A stretch of DNA of 63,147 nucleotides, counting the filler, from Craspedostauros australis (taxonomy: Eukaryota): NCBI GenBank assembly GCA_030167865.1. It is 5 parts of 5 records of this genome, joined end to end, with 100 filler letters (N's around TTAATTAATTAA, not from the genome) between each part and the next. Parts side by side here need not be neighbours in the genome. Positions count along the whole stretch, not along the records: positions 12,604 to 29,194 come from JALAGF010004215.1; positions 29,295 to 36,228 come from JALAGF010004217.1; 3 more parts are not named here. One strand, 5' to 3'. The notes under the pieces were generated by a model that did not search any database, was not told where the DNA came from, and saw only the letters and a program-made list of their open reading frames with translations. Below, piece after piece: positions 21,758 to 32,300 of the stretch (position 1 is its first letter; each line of letters opens with the position of its first letter). Position numbers and translations under genes: made by a program.

Positions 21758-24670
21758 CTACGGTCGCTCTCGATGTGACAGTCGGAATCGCCGTGCCAAC
21801 TTCATCTTCATGTCCGTGGCAAATACGTCCGGCACATCCGTGACCTCGACTTCGATGTCGCTGAGCTGCGAGTACATGCACTCGCACCGAACCAGCACTG
21901 GGAACTTGGGCTGCTCGTCGGAACCATTCACGGAGGGATCTGCCTCGAATCGGGCCTGCAGTTGGAACTTCTCGCCTCGGCTCAATTCGGAAACACACCA
22001 GATAACGCTGCGTTTGGAGACGTTCCACTTGCCACCGTCTGGATAGGTGACCATCGACTCGCCATTCACAGCCGGTGGCACTCCCATGATGATCGTCAAG
22101 TTTGTCAAGTTGTCCTCGTTGTGCGGATTGGAACTGATCTGCACTGCGACGCGCCAGTATTGATTCTCTCGTCGGACTCTGGTTTGGACGCGCTGCAGGT
22201 TGTGTGTGATAGGGATGTCCGTGCAGGCAATGTGAGAGTGAGCATATAGCGATGGAAAACATGCGAGGTGGCACGTGAAATGGCAAGCAATTGATTCGCC
22301 ATGTGGAACTTTTTCATGAGGATACGCAACAAGAATCACCGCACCGCGCATGTGCTTATGGCACCATAATGGCACACTGACATTGGAGTAACCAACACTG
22401 CAGCGCGCAACACAAGATAACACAGGGGAATCAGATCGGATCAAATCACTTACCATCGGAACGGGACGCAGCTCGGAACTGCACTTGTACTTGAGGACAG
22501 GGACATACTCATCCAATTTGGGCACTGAGACTGAGAATTTGTAGTCCGGACGTGATTCGCTGGCATCGTACTGCAAATCTTTGGACAGATTCTCCACGCA
22601 CTTGCGATCCTCCACGATCGTTTGGACATGGTGGGAGGGATCTCGGATCATGAGATAGAACGGGGCTTGCGTTGTGAAGTTGGATTTGATTAGAACCTGA
22701 CGTAACGAAGAGATCCGCGAAAGCATGTGGTAGATCGGAGAAGGGCGGAAAAATACAATGTCGAATATCGACGGCGAAAAAATGGCATGGAATGGAGCAC
22801 ATGTAAGTGGACAAGGGTGCGCGGACGAAATGCAATGTCAATCCAACAAGAGTAAATCGCACATTGTCACCCAACAGACGCAAGTAACCGAATGCGTGCG
22901 TACCTGCAGAATACCTTCGACGGAACACGAGGACATTTCCGACATTTTGTATGTACATGTGAGATCTTCGTTGAGCGCGACGTTGACTTGCATCCTCGGT
23001 TCGTGGTTGCTGTTGCTGCCCATGGTCCCCGTCGATCGTACGCTCCTGCCACCATGCATGATGCTGGGATCGAAGGACGTATCGTCGCCAAAGTTGTGAT
23101 CGATGGAATGGGCCGAGCTGCGTCTCGAACTGAGGGATTCCGTCGTGGCTGTCGTTTCGCTGGTCGATTGGGATGTGAAGGGATCGAAGTTGGCATTTTC
23201 GCGATTCCTGCGGCCGCGACGAGTGCCGTGGCCGTTGCTGTTGGGCGTGCGTCCGGAACTTCTGGAATCGTCGTCCTTCGATGAAGCGAATCGCGTGGAT
23301 TGTGACTTGGCGTTGAAATCCTGACTGAAGGAGACGCCGGTGGATGCGCTGTTATGGCCGCTGCCGTCGACCGACCATCCGCCAGCCGCCGAGTCGTTGC
23401 CATTCGCCGTGGCACCACCGGAAGACCGCCGTGACGAGATGGCCTGCCTCGCGACCGAACCCGCATCCCCGCTCGATCGTCGGTTGCGGTATCCAGGAGC
23501 ATCCTTGCGCGGCGCGGACAAGGCCGGCACGGATCCTTGTCGCGTGCGATTCAAGGAACTGCGCGTGTCCTTCTTGGCACCCCGCAGTTGGAAATTGCTG
23601 GTCGATGAGGACGCGACGGATGCCGCGTCCGAGGAGAGCGTCGTGGAGGATGCGTCGCGTATCGAGCTGCGTTTTGTGCCCTTGAAATCGAAGTTGTCTA
23701 GATCCGCATCGCGCGGCGCCTTCTTCCTCCTCGATTTGGATGACTTGCCAGTGGCCGCCGCCGCCGCTGCTTTGACCTCGTACTTGCGGAAGGCGACGTC
23801 CGTCTCTGCCACGGACAGGACCGCCAAGCGCTCCACCATGATGCGCGCCAGATCGGAAGAATTGGTGTACAGGTTGGAACCCACGTCGGCATTGCCTCCC
23901 GACGATGACATGGCATGCGATTTTCTGGCCTTCGCCAGCAGCTTGCCGCCTCTCTGGTTGCGATCGAAGGCGTCATTCTGCATGGAGAGCAGCAGCCGCT
24001 GCCTCCTCTCGACCATTTCATTCGTCAAGCGATCGTCTTCCTGCGTGAGCAGCATGGTGGCGAGGAAATCGCGCGACGCCGCCGCATCCTGCGTCCCCGT
24101 ACTGGTGAACATGCCGATGCAATCCTGCATGCGTTCGGCCAGACCGTGCGACAGATGGGACGTCCCGATGGCGTTGGGCAACCCCGTGATGCCGACACAA
24201 ATGACAGCAGCCGTCACCTCGCTCTCGATCGATGCCCTGGCCTTGCTCATGGCCTCATCGGACGACGCATTCAACGCCGACAGCGCCAACGGAATGAATT
24301 TGAGCACGGACTGCTTGTCGCGGATGACCTGGTAATGCAGTCCCAGTCCGTGCGCGTTGAGCGGCCGGAAGACCTGCATCTCATCCAGCGTCCTGGCATC
24401 CTCGCGCAGCAGCTCGTTGAGGAACTTGTCGTCCGAGGATTGCTTTGTGGAGGCCTTGGACGATTGGAAGACGAGGTTGATGTACTGATGCAGCTCCTGC
24501 AGCGATTTGATGCAGCTGGCCTTTGAGGTTGTGGAGACAGGCGAGGGGATCAGGAGGGGCTCGCCGATGGATTCGCCCGTGATCTGGGCGCCTGACAGGT
24601 TGGCCTTGATCAGCAGAGACACTGAGGCGAACTCGGGGCTTGCGCAGCCTCTCGATGACAGCAGCTGCAT
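21758..24670 (-). CDS. Protein with a C-terminal muniscin-type mu-homology domain (endocytic adaptor-like)
   Basis: Ser/Arg-rich linker followed by VNVALNEDL..SVEG, PVLKYK...RPVPM|RVQTRV and VIWCVSEL..GEKFQLQARF, which read as mu-domain strands. Exons are 24670-22904, 22696-22454 and 22192-21758. Confidence 0.75.
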
Positions 24671-26494
24671 GGCCTTCTTCTTCTCCTCTTCCCTTCCTTC
24701 CCTTCTCTTTCAATTGTATTATACTGTGTTGTTTTGTGCTGTATTGTATTTTGCTGTATCGTATTGTGCTCTCTAATTGCTCTCGAGAGTACTGATTGCT
24801 TCCGAAGGATGGCCACGGTGCAGCACCCAATCGTCGTTGTCCACGTTGTCAGCAGCAGCTTCGCTGGATTGCCAACTGCGGCTCCTGAATCCTTCGACTC
24901 AAACTCTGTCTGTCAGTTGAATTGGGTTCGCAGTGCGAGTGCTATGCTCCAAAGTGACAACGGCATCAACCACCGCAGCAGCAAACGACGGCGATGGCGA
25001 CAGTTGGAGTGTCTGCTACTGGTGTTCGTGTGAATGCGGTGTTGCGCAAGCGTCGGTTTCGATCTGTCTGCTTGAGTCTCTCTCTCTGTCTCTTCCTTCG
25101 TTCTGCCCTTCCTTGCGATGGCGCTTGTTGCTGTTGTGCTGTGGTTGCGAATTGTGACTTCGGCAGAGTATCCGTGTTCATTCGCTGCAGGTTTTGACTT
25201 CACTGATTCATGTTTTGCGTTTCATCTGTCCTTCATCACACACAACACAACTCAAGACTGTCCCGATCCATCGAAAATATGCACTAATATGGTCAACATT
25301 TGTTGCATCTGTCCGTCGGTCGGATACAAGAACAAAACGAAGATAAAAGACGCGCTGTCACCATTCATGACTGGAAACGGCACCCCACAGCGCCCAAGCA
25401 CGCTCTCGGAACAGGCGAAATCGTTTTGGCCGAGCTAACAGCGCTTTCTGTTTTCGGCGGAGCGTTGTTGCGAAGTGAATGTCAATGGAAATTTTGAGAG
25501 TATTGGATTGTGATGTTTCTTTCTTGTTTCGGCATTGGAACGTGACCGAGATGCCATTGCACCGCAATGCAATGAAGCAGAGAGAGAGAGAGAGCATGGA
25601 TGGACCATGTGCGATACAAACGCTGCTCATCTGCCAAGGGGTGAAATGGTGAGTGCACAATGGGATGGTACGGATCCAACAAGCCACGAGCACGTGGCAA
25701 GAGCAGAAAAAGCCGGCGACGCAAACGGGCAGAGGAGATTGAGGCGCAAAAGGTAGCGTGCGGTCTGCCATGGCAATTGACCTCCATCCCTGTAGTAGCA
25801 CCCTTCCGATGTTCGTTCGACTTCTCACAACAGGGGCATGCTCTTCATTTGGTGGAGTTTAGTAGAGATACGCATTTGAAGCGATGTGAACAAAGGGAGA
25901 ACGCACGAATGGTCCAATGTCTTTTCTGAGCGAGGAAGTGACTGTTCTGTCAAAGATTGGGGCACTTTGCGTGATCGTGACACATGGCGAACCTCTGGAG
26001 AACATGACGAGAGATTGACGACTTCACCCATGACCTCGTGCTCACGTTCTGTTCATGTTTGGCTCCTGTGGAGAGGCGGAAAAACAATTGCATTCGTAGG
26101 TCGTCCAGATGGGGTCCATTTCATCACTCGAACCACCATGGATCACTTCGTTTTCTCACTGATACTGGCGCATCCAAGGGAGTGGTGGCGCTGCCACGAC
26201 AACATCCCTCATGCTGCTGCACCAGACGAACACATGAGGGAGGAACGTGCACCTCCACGAGCATGTGCGAATGCAACAGACCGTTCTCGCAGGTCGTACT
26301 CGAAGGCGACGACAACGGAAACGGCACGCCCTTCCTTCTGCGCGGCGTTGATTTACGAGTACTCCACAGTCAAATCTGCATCATCAGTCTCCTTTCCCAC
26401 AATTTGCTCTTTCTCGCGCACTTGCGCATGTACAACAACAGATCCAACCAGAAGCAAAGTAGAGCAAACACGATATCCAATCAATCTTGGGAGC

Positions 26495-29194
26495 ATGTCG
26501 AGATCCATCTCAAGCAACAACACAAGGTTGTCGTCAACGTCGCAGACTGCGGTCACGTTCACGTCCGGCAACGACTTTTACGATAATGGACACAACGAGA
26601 CAGAGTTGGATGCGCAGATCCACTGCAAGTTGGATTTCCGCAACACCCAGTTCTTCGGTCGTTCAAAGGAGCTGGATCAATTGAAGGCCGCCTTCGACGA
26701 CATTGTGCAACGATCCAGCAACAGGAGCGCTCGGAAAGGAGGAAAGCCAACACGCCGAAATCGAAAGCACAACGACAACCGCAAGGCGGCCGATGATGTT
26801 GGCATTCGATCCACCGGCCCAACACTCCCTGCCGCGTTCCTTTGGGGACTCAGCGGAACTGGCAAATCCAGACTCGTCAAGCAGCTTGCAGCGTCCCTTG
26901 GTGCTGCTGGTGAGCAGGGCAACAATCCTGACGATCAACCAGTCGACACGAACACCAACACCAACACCAACGCCAATCATTCGCAGCCAACACAGCGCGC
27001 ATACTTCATCCAAGGAAAGAACGATGAAACGACAGGATCCAAGGACCCATTCTCGGCCATCGTTCAAACCTTGAGCGACTTTTGTCAACAGGTCATCAGC
27101 GAACCCAAAGATGAACGCAAACGCATGACCGACATCATTCGCGACACTATCGGTGGCGAAGTGCAGATGATGGCAACCATCGTGCCATCCATCGCATCCT
27201 TGCTGGAGACGGAGTCTTTGCATGATGGGCCGCGTGAGAAGAAGAGGGACAAGGCAAACAAGGGAAGCAAGGGAAGCAAGGGAAACAGTGGAAGCAAGGC
27301 CGGTGGAGGAGCATCGCCGGCGCCACCATCATCTGCAGTATCATCGACAAGAGATCAAATCCAAGGTGGACACCAACGCACAAACTGCACCATCGAGAGC
27401 GACAGTGTGGAACAAATGGTGACCTCCAGCGACAAGGCATGGAACAAGCTGCAGTACATGTTCGGATCATTCATCAAGGCCATCGCGACGAGGAAGCGAC
27501 CGGTCGTCATGTTCCTTGATGACATGCAGTGGAGCTCCCAAGTGGCCTTGGATCTTCTCGCCACGTTGCTGCAAGACAAACAGCTCAGCAACTTCCTCTT
27601 GATCGGTGCCATCCGTCAGGAAGCAAACCCGCACTCCGATTGTCCCTTGGAGTTAGCCCCGACATCTCCACTCGCCAGCATGTTCGACAAGCTGCATAGC
27701 TCTCAACATCACGCAGAAGACCATGCGTCTCCCAAGCATCCCCAATTATGGCCCAAACCACCACCAGCACAAGACGCAAGCGCGATATGGACCGACATCC
27801 ATCTCGCCAACATGACGCAGGATGATGTCGGACTGTGGCTGTCGCAGCTTCTCGACCGCGAAGTGGAGGAGCTGCAACCGTTGACATCCAAGATCTACAC
27901 CAAGACGGAAGGCAACGTCTTCTTCATGCTGCAGCTCCTGGAGGAGCTTGAGCGGTGCAACGCCATCGTGTACAGCCGCATCTCATTCCAATGGGAGTGG
28001 CACATCCCTGATGATGCATCCCTTGGCAGCAACGATCTGAGCATGTCCCAATATGGAGATCAACAGCGCCGCAAACAAGCGTTCGCATCTGCAGGCAACG
28101 TGGTCCAGCTGATGGCGATGAAACTCAACAACCAGCCCGCCGAACTTCGTACCGCCCTGATCATCGCGTCGTATATCCGCTTCAGCTTTGATGTTGATCT
28201 GTTGGAGTTTGTGCTGAGAGAAGAGAGCATTCAGAAGCCTCCGATGGATGGGTTCGTATTTGCAGGTACCAACACCGTCAAACACGATGGTGGCGGAGGA
28301 GCAGAGACGCTCTCAACATCTGGAGTAGATTCAATGCTGCTGTCGGATCATCTGGAAGAAGCGGTGCTGGAAGGTCTCCTCTCCAACCCAGTCGGGAGCA
28401 AGACATTCCGTTTCGCTCATGATCGCATCCAGCAGGCTGCATTGGGACTCGTCCCATTCGGCGAAATGAGAAGCAAATTGAAACACAGGATCGGGCTGTA
28501 CATCTGGAGGATGTACTGTGAACAGAACCAACTTCCGCTTGCAACGACAGCAACAACAACATCTCCACTTCCATCTACAGTCAGCAGCGGCGGCAACGAA
28601 GGCGGTGGCCAGTCACTTCCAACCATCGATGCGAGCCTGCTCTTCGTTGCCGCCGACCATCTCAACTGCATACCAACCAAGGATCATCCATTCTCCCTTC
28701 AGCTCAACTTGGAAGTCGGAGAGCAGGCATTGAAGATGGCAGCGCTGGCACCAGCAGCCATGTACTTGCAGCTGGCCTACAATGCATTCCGCAAGCTCCG
28801 CGCCCCGTGGGAGAACCATTATGATCTTTCGCTTCGTCTACATCAGCTCCGAGCTGATGCGGAGCTCACACTGGGCCACTACCAGCTGGGATACGATCTG
28901 GGTCGAGAGGTATTGGAGAGGGCAGACACAACCGAACAGAAGCTGTCGGTATATTCCTGTATGGCAGTAGCATACGCCAAGCAGGACAGGCAAGATCTCT
29001 GCATGAAAATGAACAGAGAGACTGTCCGCTTGCTTGGAAGGTACCCCAAGCGCGGATATGTGCTGCACGTGATTCGGGATATGTTATGGCTGACATCATA
29101 CCTCAGACGCCACACGGATGAGCAGATCCTATCGCTTCCGGTACTGAATGACAAGAAGAAGATCCTCTCAAACAAGTTCATGTTCCAGATCATG
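26495..29194 (+). CDS. STAND-class (AAA_16/COG3899-like) ATPase with a helical C-terminus, 3'-truncated by the gap
   Basis: Motifs FFGRSKEL, Walker A GLSGTGKS, Walker B MFLDDMQW, KTEGNVFF and FRFAHDRIQQAA. The likely start is the ATG at 26495. Confidence 0.85.
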
Positions 29195-29294
29195 NNNNNN
29201 NNNNNNNNNNNNNNNNNNNNNNNNNNNNNNNNNNNNNNTTAATTAATTAANNNNNNNNNNNNNNNNNNNNNNNNNNNNNNNNNNNNNNNNNNNN
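29195..29294. other. Artificial scaffold spacer
   Basis: N44-TTAATTAATTAA-N44. Confidence 0.98.
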
Positions 29295-29394
29295 ATAATA
29301 ACTCAGTGATTACATTAGGAATGTGCCTGTAGGCTTTACCCTCGCCGCCACCGGCCCCTTAGGACCGTGCTTTGAGCGAGCTGTCGAATGCCTC

Positions 29395-32300
29395 CTATGA
29401 GCCCAGCCCTAGCCACGACGCCATTGCCTGCCTTTCAGCCTGCATTGTTCGTGACCGTCGCCGCGCTTTCACCGTCGCTTGTACGGCTATCATAGAATTC
29501 ACCCACTGTCTCATCTGCTCTTCTGTGCCACTTTCGACGATACGACCTACACGGAGTAGATGAAGCTCCGAATCGTTCATATCCTTGCTCGCGCTTTGAA
29601 GAAGGCGCTGGACCTGTCGCCGCAGATCCCGCATTGTCGGGTGGTTCTCTTCGTCATGTACTTTTGCATTGCGTGCCAACCACACTTCCCAAGGCACCTT
29701 CCATATCCATCGCACCACCTCTCTGGCCCACACCGCCGCGTCCGGGTATCGGCACTCGTGCGTTTTCATCCATAGCTCTTGTTGACGGATCCAGTCTGTG
29801 TGCAAAAATCCCAGCAGGAGCGGGTACCAACCAACGGTACTTTGGGCGTCCGATGATCGCGCGTTTCGTCTCCATTTCACCAGCCCCACTCTCATGTTGC
29901 TCACCAGGCGAGGAGACGTTCCGATCTCCAGCATACGGCCCACAAGGCCGTCCGTGGCTTCTTTCCATGCGCCCAAGTGTTCTGAGCACTTCAGTACGTG
30001 TTGAGTCGTCTCCTCCTGATTGCAGAACTTGCACTTGGATGAAGGCAGTTGCCCCGTCTGGAACAATTTCCGGTTGACTCCAACAAAACCCGATGACCAT
30101 TTAGTGATGAACGTCGTGGAGCTTCGATTGGACTTGGACTTGCGCGCCAATTTGTAGGTTTGCCAGTCGACCTGGCTCAGCTGAGTGGGGTTCCATTTGA
30201 ACTTCGAAGACCAGTACTGCATTGCCGAATTGGACTGTAGTAGCTCGTTAATGGCATCAGGATCCACATGGGAGTGATCACTGCCGCGAAGTCGTATGCG
30301 CCACCGAACGGTGTCAGTGGCCCACTGCGTGTTGTGGGGCCGTGATATGGTGGTTTCCCAAAATTGTTTGGCTCTCCGATCGACTTCCACGTTGAGCTGC
30401 TCGAGCAGAGTTAGCTTCTTCCCGGTGTCGTCTTGGTGGCCTTTGACCCATTCCCATTTCAATGATGCCGGTATCTCATGTCTTAGCATCTGAATCTCCG
30501 TGAGAATGTCCCAATCCTTCTGACTGGGCCGCAGATCGTCCTTTTGCGCCTGCGTGAGCGCCTGTTTGCCGTCGAGCGCGATAGTAACAACCGCGCTAGG
30601 CATCAGCCCGGGCATAATGCTAAGCATGGCAAGCGATGCCCAAATCCCTGCCAGCTCACTGCGGTAAGCACTTTGGACGGTTGGGGGACCTGGGACAAAC
30701 GTGTGGCAGTAGATGTATCGCTCGGACTCCGTGTCATAGGCTGTAGAGACCGATGTGCCGCGTTGGTCCTTGAATGACCCGTCGCTCACCATCACTAGAG
30801 TTCCCCGATTCGCTGCTCTGGCCGCTTCCTGAAGGGACATGGCTCCTCGCATATCTTCGAACGGGAACGGAGCGTCAGCGGGCTCGTCTGGGACGCTTGA
30901 GAGACCAAGGTGCCCATTCCATTCGATACCCTGCTCCGTGACTACCACCGAGACGCGTTTGGCTCCCTCGGGGATTTCCGCGACGGCTCTTGTGCGGGTG
31001 TATTGCTGTCGCCGCGTGCGCCGCCAAGGATTCGGTAAGTATTGCAAGAATGGAGAAACGGATATGTCAAAGATATCATCCTGATAGGGAGCTTTCCACC
31101 ACCGCCAAGATCCGTCGTCGCGTAGCCATCTTCCAAGCGGATGATGTAGAAGAAGACCGTGAAAGCACAAGGACTTGCACCATCGTTGCCATTCTCTCCA
31201 CCACCCACTCGGTAACCGTTTCGGCTGTCGCGCCCACGGCTGGGGCGTACTTGACTCAAAAGTTCCGTCAAGTACTCCTGGCACTATTCTGGTGCCGTCG
31301 GCTGACACAATATCCGAAAGTCGTAGGACTCCCAACTTCTGTCGTATCATGTTGAGATGATACAGCTGCGCCCCTTTCACTCTCTGGCGAATCCACAGGT
31401 CCATAAGGAAAGAGTCGCCTTCCCGCTGCGTTTCTCTCGACTCCGTCGTTTCGATCACCTCTATGCCGGTGCCGTGAAGCTGCCGCCATAGACCTGTGAT
31501 CCAGCAACGGGTTGCGCAGTGACCGATAACTCCGAATGGATACTGAAACAACGAGCCACCGATTCCGAGCTCCTCCTTCAGGGCCTGGATCGAGCACTTG
31601 AACATTGCGCCTGTTTGTGTTCCTCGGTGCACTTCGTCAAAGACAAGGCGGATTTGCGCTATCAACTGGGAGTTGGCGGGATTCCTGATTCCCAACCCTC
31701 CGAGCGACTTTGTTCCGTACACCAAATCTCTCGGCATATTTCTAGAGCAACCCATCTTGGGTAGCGCGGCCAACAAGGCCGGGGCCATTATGTATCTCCA
31801 CTCACTCGGGGCAAGCTGAACGAGAGGCATGGCGTACTCGATGGACTTCATGAACTGCAGTGTTAAGGCAGATCGGGCATCTTCCGGGGAAATCTGCGCC
31901 GTGCGCATCCTCCCTCCAAAATCCTCAGCCTTCTTCCGCATAGCTTGAACTTGCGAGTCACTGTCGCCGTCGAAGTCAATAAACACCCCCAGGGTGAACA
32001 AGGGTTGGTCCATCGCCCTTCGTGGGATGTCGGCGCTTCCTCCGTGGCCGTCGTCGATCCGTATGTCGGTACCGCCGTTGGCGTCGTGCCACTCCCATTT
32101 GTCTTTGTCGAACCGGGGTTGCATGGCCCACCATGCGGACTTCTCTGGCACCAGAGCACCTCCAGTGACCCGTAACAAGTTCCCCCAGTCGAGTATGATG
32201 CGTTTGAATGCTTCCGTATCGGCTGAGTCCTTCCGGCGTCGCTCAAGTCTGACCAGGTCAGTGTCGTCGACGAACGCCGAACCCAGGATGGGCAAGGCTT

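Noticed and set aside
25886..26494. 203-aa extension upstream of the STAND ATPase
   Set aside because: GTG start and promoter/UTR-like sequence with no kinase or other domain motifs.
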